Of a stretch of DNA of 64,000 bases, positions 12,458 through 25,315 are shown one piece after another. The notes below the pieces were generated by a model. The model saw only the letters and a program-made list of their open reading frames with translations. It was not told the origin of the DNA and ran no database searches. Source of the DNA: Cirrosporium novae-zelandiae (lineage: Eukaryota); NCBI GenBank assembly GCA_026023565.1, contig JAPETS010000027.1, positions 248,001-312,000 of the forward strand, in the 5' to 3' direction. Each line of letters opens with the position of its first letter. Position 1 is the stretch's first letter. The translations under genes were made by a program, and so were the position numbers.

Positions 12458-14547
12458 ATGCGGTTTGATGCAGAAAATCCAAATACGAGCTCGAACAGAA
12501 CTCAACCTTTTTCTAATGGTACATCAGTCTCTGCGCGATCTAAAAGTGTTTTATCGAATATCACAAATGGCCATTCGCAAGACGGACTTAATGGGTCCTC
12601 GGCATCACAGCAGAATAATTCAAAGTGCATATCTCGTCATTCGGTAGTATCAACATACTTTGGTCATGATCGGGAAGAAATAACAAGACTTATAATCCAA
12701 AGCCTTGGCGATCTCGGTTATTCCAATGCAGCCGAGGCTTTGACTCGAGAAAGCGGGTATGAACTGGAGAGTCCATCAGTTGCATGTTTTCGATCATCCG
12801 TGTTGGAAGGGGATTGGACCGAAGCCGAAAGTTTATTATTTGGATCTCGTCCACCGGATATTGGAGATACTTCGATCAGTAATGGATATTCGAATCAATC
12901 AGGAGGCCTTATGCTTGCTGAGGGGGCAGATAGAAATGAGATGCTTTTCTGGCTGAGGCAGCAGAAGTTTCTCGAATTGCTGGAGCAGCGAGATGTTGGA
13001 TCTGCATTAATGGTTTTGCGTGAAGAACTCACTCCACTCCGTCAGGATGTTGGGAGGCTACATGCACTGTCAAGGTAGAATATAGATGAAGGTTGGCTGG
13101 TTTTTATTCAATCTCAGCTAACGTCTGCTTTAGTCTTGTAATGTCTCATTCATCTGACGATCTTCGGGCACAAGCAAATTGGGACGGGGCTCAAGGATAC
13201 TCTCGCCAAATGCTCCTATCTCAGCTTTCCCGTTAGTTGCATGCTACCTGAACCGTGAATAGGTATGGGTTCTAATTTTATTCTTAGGGTATATATCTCC
13301 TTCCGTCATGCTTCCCGAGCATCGACTTGCGCTCCTGCTGGACCAGGTAAAACAGAATCAGATAAACCAGTGCCTATTCCATAACACTGTTGTCCCTCCA
13401 TCATTATATTCGGATCACCTTTGTGATAAAGCCCAATTTCCATTGAACATCGGAACCGAAATGAGCTACCATTCCGACGAAGTATGGTATCTAGACTTCT
13501 CTCACGATGGCACTAAACTTGCATCCACAAGCAAGGACAGCCTACTCCTGGTTTATGAAACGTATAACTTTGATGTTCTTCAGAGGTTAAGGGGTCATGA
13601 GCAAGCAGCGACCTTCCTTGTTTGGAGCCCAGATGACACCAAGATAATTAGCTGCTCTTGGGACAATACAGCTCGAATCTGGGACTTAGCAGTGAGTCTG
13701 CCTCTGCCTGCTTGAACTGTAATTATTGGATGCTGACTTGAGCAGACTGGTCAATGTATCCTGACTATTGATCATCATAGCCAGCCCGTCACTTCGGCCG
13801 CATGGACCCCTGATGGAGAGTCTTTCGTCACTGGGTCTCTAGATAGCCAGTCACAACTCTGTTTGTGGAGTCTTCAAGGCCGATTACTCCACTCTTGGCC
13901 TGGAGGCTACCGTGTACAAGACCTCAGGGTATCTCCCGACGGCCGACGACTGATCACGATTTCATCGGAGAAGCGACTCTACGTCTACAATCTCTTGACT
14001 CATGAGGAAGAATATGACCTTGCATTTCCGGTCAATTTGACATGTATAAACATTAGCATGGACTCCCGATATATGCTTGTGAATATGGCCAACAGCCAGA
14101 TGCAACTCCTTGACATCGACAAGATGGAAGTAGAACGCACTTTTGAAGGTCAGAAACAGGGCCGATTCGTAATTCGAAGCGCTTTCGGTGGAGCTGGTGA
14201 GAACTTCGTTATCAGTGGTAGTGAAGGTTAGCTGTCCCCCTTTCTATTGTGCGCACACTTTGTACTAAGAATAAGTAGATTCAAGGATATATATCTGGCA
14301 TAGAGGGAATGGGTCTCTCGTTGTATCTCTGGATGGCCACTCACCTGGTTGTGTTAACGCAGTAGCTTGGAATCCGAAGGACCCTCGGATGTTTGCCTCG
14401 GCTGGAGATGATGGAAAAGTTCGGATGTAAGTTTTAATCCTTGCATAGCTGTGTTATATCCTTGCTTATTTTTGATATAGATGGACCAATAGAGATGGTC
14501 CTGTTGTCAAGAGGAAGCTTAATTCTAACGGCATTAGCACTTTATAA
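12458..14547 (+). CDS. GID7: LisH/CTLH + WD40 protein, GID/CTLH E3 ligase subunit Gid7/WDR26-like (6 exons; the true start may be a non-AUG codon upstream, e.g. CTG 12086)
   Basis: YFGHDREEITRLIIQSLGDLGY (LisH), FRSSVLEGDWTEAE and LRQQKFLELLE (CTLH), MLPEHRLALLLDQ, WD repeats (HSDEVWYLDFSHDGTKLAS; GQKQGRFVIRSAFGG; SGSED). Five GT-AG introns; stop TAA 14545-14547. Confidence 0.88.
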
Positions 14548-15648
14548 CGACCTTCAAGAACCACAACGAGTTTTCTCTTGCAATACAAGCTAAAATAGCC
14601 AATATTCTATTACTGGCTCCTGAAAAGAGCTGACGCAAGACCATCATGTTATTTCTTCTCCGACCAAACGATGGGTGGCAGGCATTTTTAGCGGGGTGTC
14701 GGACGTCCAGGAACAGGTTTCAGGTGTCAGTGCGTCGGTACTCCGGAGTAGGAATTCTTGTTGCCAATGTTTTTATATAAGATTCATCAAGTCACGAATA
14801 GATCGCATTCATGGGTTATTTTGTCCATCCACCTGGTAGGTTGATCATTACGGGGGCAGGGTGGCGTGATGGGGCAATGTGGAGCCTGTCTCGATATCAT
14901 ACACGCACATACTGCTGTGGTTTCTGTGGTTATTGTTTCCTATGCATACATGGATGGCATGGTTGGCTGTTTATGGTGGGTTGGTCTGAGGTTGGTCCCG
15001 GTTAAACTCTCTTTTGTTTTCTTTTATATTATCTTATAGCTTAGTTACATTTTTTTGTATTTGAGGGTGAAGTCTTATGGGAGCGCGGATCGAGAGAAGA
15101 AGAGAAAGGGGGACGAGGAGGGGGGGGACTATTCATAAAGATTGAACGGAGGATGAATATTATAACTATGTGAAACGATGAGAGGATTATGTAGATAGAG
15201 TAAGAGATATGTGCCTCGTCCTTTTTTGCCTTTGTTTATGTAGATGCTATTGGAATGATTGCAAGGTATTGTTAGTGTTGCAGAATATGTCTGTATATAG
15301 GCCCCTAAAGCCATTATTGAATTTATTTTTTCATATCGTATTCTTCATGGGATATCAATAGTTAGATGTATAGTACATGTACACATCTAGAGAGACGTAA
15401 AATATATTGCAGGTAAATAGCCGTTCTAGTTTCCCGCGGCCCATTCTTTTTTGTCATTTCCATTAAACAACCTTTCCACTCTTTTTCTGCCTGTAGGATA
15501 ATAATTAGCAGTCCCTGAACGCCGTTGGCTATGCAGTTCAATAAATAAGGGAAGAAAAAAAATATAGAGTTTCTCCTTCAACTCTCAGCTTGTTGTGAAC
15601 CACCGCCCTTTCTCAAAGTCATCTAGTTCGACCATGGTCACACATAGA

Positions 15649-17391
15649 TTATACCTGCAACCTCTCCTTTCTCTTCTTCTCCGCATCGCGTCTGAATTTC
15701 TTGAACAAGGTGCTGTGCTCTCCCTTCTTTTTCTTCAGCTCCTTGTTCCTGCTCTTGTTATACTCGATATACGCCATATCCTGGCCACCGGAAAGATCTC
15801 CCAGTTTCGCCGTGCTTCTCTTAACGCCGCTCTTCTTGGCGCGCCCTGCCCCGAGGCCACTGAATAGGTCGTCGCCAATCATCTCGACGTCGGCAAGACT
15901 TTCGTTCTTCTCGTTTTCTTGGATGACCTGCAGAAGAAGCTCCATGCGCTCCTTTGGAGTGGAGAAGGCTAGGCTCGGCATACTCTCCATGCCTTGGAGG
16001 TGCGTGATGACCTTGAAGGCGTAGCCCTGGTCTACGAGGAAGGCTTGCCGTTTTGAGGAATAGTACATTTCTTGTGTGTCTTTGGAGACGAGACTGTAGA
16101 AAAAAGCGTTAAAACCCTCGTCATTACGACGTTTGGCTCGGAGGATACGGCCGAGACGTTGGGCTTCTTGACGTCGGGAACCATAGTGGCTGGAGATTTG
16201 GATGAGGCAGGTGGCTTCGGGGAGATCGAGACTGGTGTCGCCAATTTTTGAGAGGAAAATGGTATTGACGAGTTCATTGTGCTGGAAATTCTCCAGGATG
16301 CGAAGACGCTCCGCTTGAGGTGTGCCGCCGTAGATGTAAGCTTTGTTGAGCTTCTTCGCGTATAGCTCGAGCGCGTAGACATTGTCGGAGAATACGATGA
16401 CTTTGTCTCCGCGCTTTTCGTGATAGTCGATTAGGAACTGGCATGCTTGGAACTTGCGGGGATTCATGATATAGAAGAGGGAGCGTTTCTTCGCACTACC
16501 AACACGGAGATATTCCTGATAGAATTCGGTAGTCATGGGGCACCAGACTTCGGCGCATTGAACTTTGGCTATGTGGCCCTGCTCGCTCAACTCCATCCAG
16601 TTTGCTTCGTAGAGTTTGGGTCCAATCAAGAAATTCAGATCTCGGATCTTATCGTCTTCTCGTAGGAGGGTTGCGGTGAGGCCCAATTTGCTATGACAAG
16701 CAATTGCAGACGTCACTTTTCTAAAAATAGCTGCAGGTACGACGTGGACCTCATCTAATAACATAAGGCCCCACTCCCTTGCCTGTAGGAACTCCATCAT
16801 TTTGGCAGCATCATGAGAGCGCCCCCTAGTTTGGGTAACCATTGAGTAGGTGGAAATAATAATACCAGTCCTTCCGGTAAAAGGCTCCTTGTGATCAGAG
16901 GTGAAGATAGCAATATCATTTGGACTAATGTCCGACCATTTCAGGAATTCGTTCCTCCACTGGACGACTGACATGGAACTGGTGCATAGTATCACACAGC
17001 CTTTTCTTATGGTACAGGCTGCAGTAATTCCAACCAATGTTTTACCAGCTCCGCATGGCAGCACAATGATACCGCTTTTAGCACGGGTATTACCGAACAT
17101 CTTACTCAAGGCCTTTTCTTGGTAGCTGCGAATTTGGGTGCCGGGCTTGAGATCAATTTCTAAGTTCGGGTTCACTTCATCATTCTTGAAGTCATATTCC
17201 TCAAGGATAGGAAATCCAAGTTCGAGACATCTCTTTTGTACAGGCTCAACGCCTTCTCTTTTGCATTCGAAGCTGTGAACAACACCTAAGGAGTCCTCCT
17301 CATCCTCATCCTCTCGAAGGGCTGAGAGTATATCACTCTCTTTCGCAGACCCAGATCCAGACGTTTCGGTGGCGGGTTTTGGTTGCTGTTG

Positions 17392-17422
<31 letters not shown>

Positions 17423-18159
17423 ATGCTTCTAGCGCCTTTCGTCCCAGGAATGACCATACCATCTTTTTTAGGCAGAGCAGACGCAGCCGTCAAGTCGGAT
17501 CCTTCGACCCTTTGGGGCCCAATAACTTCATCTTGTAACAAAGTCCGTAGCATGGCAGGGTCCGTACTTTCCACGAAGAATTTATTATGCTTCAATACGA
17601 GTTTGACCTTTCCATAAGATGCAGTGCATCTTTCGATGAAGCCTCTGATGGCGTCAGGGATTGGCGTCTTAGACATACGGTCGAGGGTTTGTATAATATC
17701 TTTTGGTTGAAGACCAACAGAAACAGCAGCATACAGGCTGTGTGGGGTCAGTGAATATTCCCATAGAAATGATGGCCGTGACTGCGGTTCTGCAATAGTT
17801 GTTAAGAAATCTTGCGCAGCATCTGCCATTGGGGAGAAGCTCTCCAGGATAATTCTTCCTTTCTCAGGATCTATCCATAACGGTCTCAGATCATGATCTA
17901 GTTTCAGTGATAACCACGAAAAGTCCTTCCCCGGAAATACAGATCCAGAAGACCTGATCGGTCGGCTGGGATTACCCTCTACTGCAAACTTTTGAACGGC
18001 TTTGGTGATATTCTCAGCCTCGCTCTCACTGGCTTCCAGACCGTCTTCAGTATATTCATCACTACTCCCAATACTCTGTGGCGTCCCGGGTAAAGGTGTA
18101 GTTCTCTTCGAGGCACGGCTACTATTTGTCCTAGAGGTGGGTTTGCGTTTTGGAGGCAT
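15649..18159 (-). CDS. SSL2: TFIIH DNA helicase/translocase XPB (Ssl2/Rad25), intronless
   Basis: Single ORF from MPPKRK; Walker [13 protein letters not shown] box, [31 protein letters not shown]. Confidence 0.97.
17383..17421 (-). repeat. CAG/CAA repeat encoding Q13 inside SSL2
   Basis: 39 nt of ctg/ttg triplets on the + strand; protein reads SM-Q13-PKP. Confidence 0.95.
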
Positions 18160-18642
18160 AATGGTCACCCTTGACCGGAATCGAAGAAATCTAGGTGAAT
18201 CTGTCCTTGGTAGTTAAGAACGCTTTCTATCGGTCGTGTCGGTTGTCGAAAGGAGCACTGATTAATTTTGAAGGATCTGCCAGCAGGTTTGGTGTGCGAT
18301 AAATGGGTTTAACGATCTACCACAAGTAAGAGGGTGAGGGGATGGAGTGTATTAAATAGTAAAGAATTAAAGCATGCAGTAGTTGAAGGCTGAGAGACAC
18401 CCGCACGGACCATACTTGAGGCTACAATGCTGATGTAATAAAATCTAATCTTATCAGAACCTTAAATCCCGAGCTCTCCGAAATACCATCGTACGGTATT
18501 TAAATTTAAAGTCGCCTCTCCGTTTATCATATGTGCATGCGAACGTTATTGAAATCAACTCATCCGACCTAATCTCCTCTCAAAGAATAATTGATTAAAA
18601 CAACTCTTCTCAATTGGGTTTTTATTATTATATTCTGCAATC

Positions 18643-19096
18643 ATGAACACCGTAAGTCTACTTCATCCAAGCATACCAAATCGCTAAGCTTACGTGCAAA
18701 CAGATCAAATCTACCTATTACGGCTGGGGAGCTCTTATCATGGGTATGTCGATCTCTTTGCTCATACCTTACACTAGCTAACTACTGCAAGCCGGCGGTG
18801 GTGCCTACTACTTCGCTAAAAAGTCTGTGAACGCTGATAGACAAGCTCGATTCGAAGAAAGGCAGAAGAAGCAAGCCATGATACGAGCCCTTGAAGCCAG
18901 TGCTGGACCGTCAGGAATCTTCACGAACGGCAACCATCGCGATGGGGATAATGCTGCAAACCCAAGCTCCGAAGCGAGTTTGGATCCAGCACCTACCAGA
19001 CATGTGCCAGAGAACGAGGGACAAAGGGTAAGGGAGAAGAGTAAATTTGAGGCCAGCGAGCCATATCGGAGTAGGAAGGGAGACCGGTTAAATTAG
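18643..19096 (+). CDS. Small conserved fungal single-TM protein, DUF4748-like (3 exons)
   Basis: Spliced MNT|IKSTYYGWGALIMA|GGGAYYFAKKSVNADRQARFEE...EKSKFEASEPYRSRKGDRLN*; donors GTAAGT and GTATGT. Family name recalled from the GWG..AGGGAYYFAKKS.NADR motif. Confidence 0.8.
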
Positions 19097-19362
19097 GATC
19101 AAATAAGATATGGATAGACGGAAATTTATCTCCTGGACTTACTCTAAACAACTGTCCCCGGGCATGACAAAATGGCACCGAGTAATATTTTGGCAATATT
19201 GCAATCTGGATGTTTGGTACTGTTGCCGGCAAAAGAATAGGCTTCGATGCTACTAGAGACAATGTTTTGTCAAACAAAGGTGGACTATTGTATATGATAT
19301 AACCTCAACTATTGTACAGCTAATATATGCATGATCATGGTTTTGCCCGCAAAACAGCCGTT

Positions 19363-21255
19363 TCATCGCTGCCACCCACCTCTTCCTCCCATTCTTCTTG
19401 GGTCATAATTATTGTTATTACCTTGATAGCCACCGCGTCTCCCATATGAGAGGCCTGAGTACCCTCCTGGATATGTATTCTGAGGGAACCTTGGATCTGT
19501 TTGCGGAAAGGGATGAGGCCCACCTTGATTTGGGAATGGCATTTGATTTTGTTGATAACCAACTAAAGGCGGTGGGATAAAACCAGGAGGACCACTGTAC
19601 TGACCATGTCCCTGCGTACCAGTAATATTCGGCGGGGGAGGTGGGGGGGACCAAGTTCCGGTGTAGTTTGGTGGTGGCGGGGGAGGTGGTATAGGCATTC
19701 CTCCTGGTAGAAAGACACCTCGTCCCATTGAGGGGTGAAAAACAGGGGAGGATGCATTTGGAGGTGGACCTGGAGGGAAAATGTTGGCACCAGGCGGTTG
19801 AGGGGGATATGCAGTTGGTATATTGCCATGCAGTTGGGCCATAGGAGGGTTGAACGGTGGTGTATACGACGCTGATCGATTTCTTGAACGGGGTCTAGAA
19901 TCCTGATTTCGAAAGCCCCGTGGAGACCTAGACTTGGAAGAGCGCCTTCGCGGGCTCCTAGAACGTTCATTTGACCTATTGCCGCTCCGTGAAAAACCAG
20001 GACCTGAGATCCTTGACCTGGATCGTGATAGCGATGACTCCGGTTCTCTGCTTTGACTTCTGCTCCTACTACTCATAGAATCACTGTATCTCCGCCGCTT
20101 TGAATAGTCCGAACTATAGCTGCTGCTAGTACGTCGTACAACCCTTGATCTCTCAGGAGAGCCTTCCCCATACCTTCTTTTCATTTTCTCGCAGAAGGAC
20201 CTCGACCATCCGTAATAACTCTCTCCATTTATAATATCCCCAGAATCCTCGTCACGGAAAATTGGTTGTCCGAGTTCATCAATTTCAACTACTATGCCTT
20301 CATCCTCAAAGTTATGATGTGGATTGTAAATATTGTCCATATCTGATACAAGACTCTGCACTGCCGAAGCTAATTTTTTATCGGCGGGGCCCGCAACGAA
20401 TTGCAATGGTTTGACAAGCTTAGGATTGATTGGTGTAGTAGAATTAGGAATTATATGAGGCATAAGGTTCCCGGCAGGCAGATCATAATATGGAGTAGAT
20501 AGATCGCCATGTGTTGCTGGCATAACGTAAGGCGCATCTTTTGCGATTGCTTTATTTGCAATTCCTTGATCACAACCTTGATCACGATCTAATATATCTG
20601 ACGCGCTACCCTGCAATTTTTCGCCATACTTGATGGTTTCTCGAAGCTTTCCAATGTATTCTGGACTGTAGTAATGGTTCTGGCTCCATATATCAAGTAA
20701 GGTATCAAGCTTGTTGTAGTGTTTGGGGTACTTGTCAATCTCATATGATGCTGCAGAATTAAACAAGTTGACAAGAAAGCCTTGAATGGCGCTACTGAAA
20801 GTTGTGAATCCCGATTGAATACTACTATGGTATTTCGCGTGGTGGAGTATATCGTTCAAGAGGTAAAGTATGTGCAATCTCCTGCGGCGGGATGAAGGCG
20901 ACGATAGCTTTTTGGATTCAGTGTTTCCATTCTGTGTAGTGTCCGCATCCGCGAAGGAGGCTGAAAGGGCTGAAAGATACTTCCCCAGAACCGTAATTCT
21001 GGAAGAAGACACAGTATTCTGAAGGAGCCATGTTTTGCAGGTCTATTCTCGCAAGCGACTTTAGTCATGTCATTGCTTCGGCCAAGAGACTTAGTTTCAA
21101 ACCTGGATATTCGATGGCGAGCATTTCGAGACCACTCTATCAAGATACGCATGAAAATTGGAAATCTCATCTTTAGAGATGGAGGTTGGGTCAGGTCTAA
21201 GTAAACCTGCCGAGAAGGAAGCTTTTGCAATGGCGAGCTGATGAGTTGCAGCCAT
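19363..21255 (-). CDS. CID (RNA Pol II CTD-interacting) domain protein with RS-rich and Pro-rich tail (CHERP/SCAF6-like), 2 exons
   Basis: MAATHQLAIAKASFSAGLLRPD...CSPSNIQ|TCKTWLLQN (intron 21043-21102); RRLHILYLLNDILHH CID motif; PYYDLPAG motif; SR repeats, polyproline and an RGG-like end. Confidence 0.82.
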
Positions 21256-21845
21256 AATGCTGGAAAGGCGTTTTCTTGATTGGTGTTCGGAAAATAAAAG
21301 TGAAAGTGAAAGTAAAATAGCTAAATCATAGTTTCCAAAACCTCAAAAGTTACGGAATAGTAGATTATAAGACTGTGGAGGAAGGTATCTAATAAGAAGG
21401 AAGGGTATCGCGAGAAGTTCATCTTGAAAACTGAGAACGCCAAAAGCTGCCCTGTAAGTATGACTAAGGATGTGGTTCGTGCACCTCCGCAGTTACTAGC
21501 CTAGCACGACTAATTACATATTACAGTAATTACTTTACTTACCACCTTACTACACAATAGCACATACTATATAATATTATTATAACTCTCATCTCAACAA
21601 TAAACCCTCTAATAATTCTTTATTACCGCCTAGATACACCTCATAATAGTGTTCCTCTGAGAAAATAGAAAGTTACCCTCGAATGTGATATCATCAAATC
21701 ATCGGCTAAAAACATTGAATCATGTCCCAAATTTTGTCTTTCTTTTGCTCCGTTCGCCATTATCAAGTCATCACCTTTATCAAAGGCGAAGCGGGGATGC
21801 ATATAGGTAACCTATTTCCTTTAATGTCCCAATTGTCAAAGGTAT

Positions 21846-22810
21846 TCATGTAGCCGCTACTGTAGCTTCGGGAGCCGCTGCACCATCTACGGGAATCTTG
21901 GACACGGAATAGTCCTTGAAGAAATCAGGATCATTTGAAATTTCTTCTTTAACCTAAAAGAGGATAATTGAATCAGCTCATCTAATCACACTCGAGATTA
22001 CCAGTTGAAAGGTTGAAAATAACTCACAATATCCAATCCTCCAACAAGTTCTCCGCCAATCCAGAGTTGTGGGAACGTGGGCCAGTCTGCGAATTCCTTC
22101 AATCCTTGCCTAACATCCTCATCTGCCAAAATATTAAAGAATCCGTATTTGACCCCCTTTTCTCTAAGTATGCCAACAAGCTGGCGACTGAACCCACACT
22201 GCGGAGCAGATGGTGTACCTTTCATGAACAACATGACTGGAGCAGCAGAAACAAGGTTTCGTAGTCGTTCAAATAACGCTTCTTTAACTACCTCAGGAGA
22301 GGTCTGCTGAGGAGTGGTTTGAGAGTCAGAGGCTGTTAGGGATTGGGTTGCAGGATTCTTTGCAGGCGCAGAGGTGCCATTTGTGGTTTGCGACTGTGGT
22401 GTAGTTTCTAGAGCTGGGGGGATTTTAGAAATGACTCCATTTTTGTCGCCTACTGAGGCGCTTTCTTTCCCAGAATGTCTTTCTACTGCATCCCGAACCT
22501 TGCTCGCGTCTGACCCGGAGACAGTCTCCAGCACCTTTCCATCGCGAACGAGCACTAGGAAGGGCACGGCGGTGACATCGTAGGTCTCTGAGATTTCAGG
22601 AAGATCTTCGGCATTGATAGAAAGGAAGGAGATGGTGGGCGGATTCGTGGGCGGGTAAGTGGATGCGAGGGTGGATAGAACAGTACGCATTTGCGCACAG
22701 GGGGCTGCCCAGGGAGTATGAAAGGAGATAACAAAGAGTGTAGAGTGTGGGAGTGATGCGACATGGGAGTTAAAATCCGGGGCCGATGTGATTTCGGTAA
22801 TTGTAGACAT
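21846..22810 (-). CDS. GRX4: Monothiol glutaredoxin Grx3/4 (Trx + Grx domains), 2 exons
   Basis: Trx-like WAAPC; Grx LFMKGTPSAPQCGFSRQ; WPTFPQLWIGGELVGGLDI|VKEE (intron 21954-22027). Confidence 0.95.
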
Positions 22811-23228
22811 GGCTACGTTGATGGTGGGGTTGAACCTGGAGAAGCAAGCGGGGTGAAGTATTTATGAAAATGTTAATGGTGAAGAGGTCCTGAAAGCCCA
22901 ATGAAGAATTTTGGTATGAGGGAGGAAATCCTGGATAATAGATGATCACTATAAAGGAATATCCACAGCAGGTTTGGGAGAATTTTCAAAGGTTAGTTGC
23001 AGAGTGATTAAAAAGAATGCAAAAGTATGACAGATTGTTATCTAATTAATCAGTCTGATAATTTTGATCGCACTAAATCTTACTTTGATGTCATCACACC
23101 ACGTGATTATTTACTTTCGAGCTCCAAATGGAAATTCCTATTCTTGCCTACAATCGGATTATAAAAATGATATAAATTCATCTCGTTTCCTTCATTCATA
23201 TAGCTATCTCTAACATTCACTCACCTAT

Positions 23229-24830
23229 TTAGCAATGTTGTCGAAAAAAACTGCTAAATGGTTCCAATATATCCTCCGGTAGTTCCAATCTTGGAGGTTC
23301 TGATTGCATCTTAGTCTTGTTAGTGTTGATGTCATCCAATGCATCTGTTGGAGGACTCATATCAACACCGAGATTATCCCAATTGTCATCTGAGAATCCG
23401 TTGCATGCATCTGTTGAACCATCCGAATCGATATCAGTGTTACTAAACAACTCCTCCCAATATGCGTCCAAAGCATCCTCCGTTTGTTCCACAAGGGCGT
23501 CGACCTCTTTCCAAAATTCATCCACAATACTATTCAAAAGGTCTGCGGGGAATTCCAATTTCGGTACTGGAAAATTCGGGTTTTGCCTTTGCAGGAGCTC
23601 TTCCTTTGTTGCGTGTTGGAAGTAAGTCCGTTTCCGCCCCCACTTGCAATAGTAACCCTGCGGGCTAGGCCTAGATAACCAAGAAGAGGGAGCTTCTTCT
23701 TGAAATTTGTCAGATTCTCCAAAAAGTTCCATGAGATTGAGACTAGGCTTAATAGTAGATTCACTGTTTTGGGAACCTTGTCCTACCCTCAACGGGGCCG
23801 GGATTGGTTCCTGAGATCTGCTGTTTGACAATGCAGGCTGAAGCCGTTGCGTAGATAAAGGCCCTGCAAACCCGACCCGAAGACATGCTGGTATTTCTGG
23901 AGTATGTGTCCGTTTGAGCACTTTTCTGGGCTCGGATCTCTGTGGTACGGGGCGTTTATAAGGCTTATAATATCGGCTGGGCGGGTCTAGCAGTCGATAA
24001 GGATAATATGACCTTATGGAATTATTTCCATTCAGCGTAGGCAGCCTTGATGCGTCTCGTAATGCCCGCTGTACTTGCTTAGTACGTGAAACGACAGTAA
24101 TAATGCGGCGAGGAGTCGGTAGTATGTCTCGCCGTTCTATAAGGGAACATACCTTTTTGCTCCTGACTTTAGGGAATTTACCTGCTGAATATGTGGCTAT
24201 CCGCCCCCTTTTGGGGGACAGCGACCTGGTTGGTCGCTGCTTCAGCGGTGGCACCTTAATAAGGGTAGATTCATCATGAGGAGAAGAAAGTTTGGATGTA
24301 GAACTAATAGAGCCGTCCAGGTAGAGATGCGGGAAGGGACTGTTTTTGAAAGTAAGATTCTTTAGGAAAGAGGTTTCGCCCGAGGGTTGCAATAATTGGC
24401 GAGATACCATACTACATTTCATTTCGGCCTCCGAATCCTGATTGGGAAATGATGCTTGGACCTCAGAAGACCTAGTTGTACTATCTCGTCCATGGCCAAA
24501 TAAGAGTTCATCATATCTAGACGATGTAGATGTCCTAGGGTGAGGAGAGTCTGGATCCGGGTTTACAACACGAAGACGGAATGCGTCATATCGTATCGTT
24601 ACGGTGGTCGCTGAGTGAGGTGATATGGAAACTTGGTGGGCGTCTCCAGCAGATCCTGTTGAAAGGATAGAGATAGGGCGGATTGTAAAAAGAGAAGTCT
24701 GAGACCCATCCCCTTTTACCTTCTGAATATTATGAACGTTATTATCGGAGTTCATGATCTTATCATCCCTCTGAACCAATACTGGCTGGTGGCGACGTAA
24801 GCGTAAGGCAGTTTTAATTACTTCCGCCAT
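23229..24830 (-). CDS. Hypothetical 533-aa protein; Ser/Pro/Arg-rich with acidic C-terminus, no recognisable domain
   Basis: 1.6-kb uninterrupted ORF with good start context (accATGG); no homology recognised. Confidence 0.65.
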   Translation of the reverse strand: MAEVIKTALRLRRHQPVLVQRDDKIMNSDNNVHNIQKVKGDGSQTSLFTIRPISILSTGSAGDAHQVSISPHSATTVTIRYDAFRLRVVNPDPDSPHPRTSTSSRYDELLFGHGRDSTTRSSEVQASFPNQDSEAEMKCSMVSRQLLQPSGETSFLKNLTFKNSPFPHLYLDGSISSTSKLSSPHDESTLIKVPPLKQRPTRSLSPKRGRIATYSAGKFPKVRSKKVCSLIERRDILPTPRRIITVVSRTKQVQRALRDASRLPTLNGNNSIRSYYPYRLLDPPSRYYKPYKRPVPQRSEPRKVLKRTHTPEIPACLRVGFAGPLSTQRLQPALSNSRSQEPIPAPLRVGQGSQNSESTIKPSLNLMELFGESDKFQEEAPSSWLSRPSPQGYYCKWGRKRTYFQHATKEELLQRQNPNFPVPKLEFPADLLNSIVDEFWKEVDALVEQTEDALDAYWEELFSNTDIDSDGSTDACNGFSDDNWDNLGVDMSPPTDALDDINTNKTKMQSEPPRLELPEDILEPFSSFFRQHC

Positions 24831-25315
24831 GGTAACAATGGTGTTTAAGTAATTCTCGGGCAGATGTGAAATTGATGAAGGGTGTAAACTAGCTACGCTG
24901 CTAATATTAAAATGTAAAAGGGGGATCTCGTACTATTGGCGGTCTTTTAGTGCTAAAGGAAAAAAGGAAGGGATCAAACCAAATTCGCTATTGTATTTAT
25001 ATGAGTTACCAGTTTGTGTTGTCGGTTTCCTTCAATAACGACTCGACAATGCCATTGTTCAAAACAAAGGAAAGCGAAAGTCAACATACCATAACTAACC
25101 ACAATGCATTGTTCATTTAACAATGATAAGAATTAAACAATAGTCATTAATTCTTGTTTGTACCAATGAACCTACATCATCCATAGCCCGAGACAGGATT
25201 TGGAGTCATATGCTCGATGCAAGTTCAAACATCTCCTTTGTTTGCCCCCAGATTCGCTCAGTATTGTCATAAACTTTCTTTACACTAGAGATGAGAGAGA
25301 CAAGCAAGAAACAAC

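Noticed and set aside
17369..17617. Poly-Cys ORF on the + strand
   Set aside because: Antisense shadow of the SSL2 CAG repeat.
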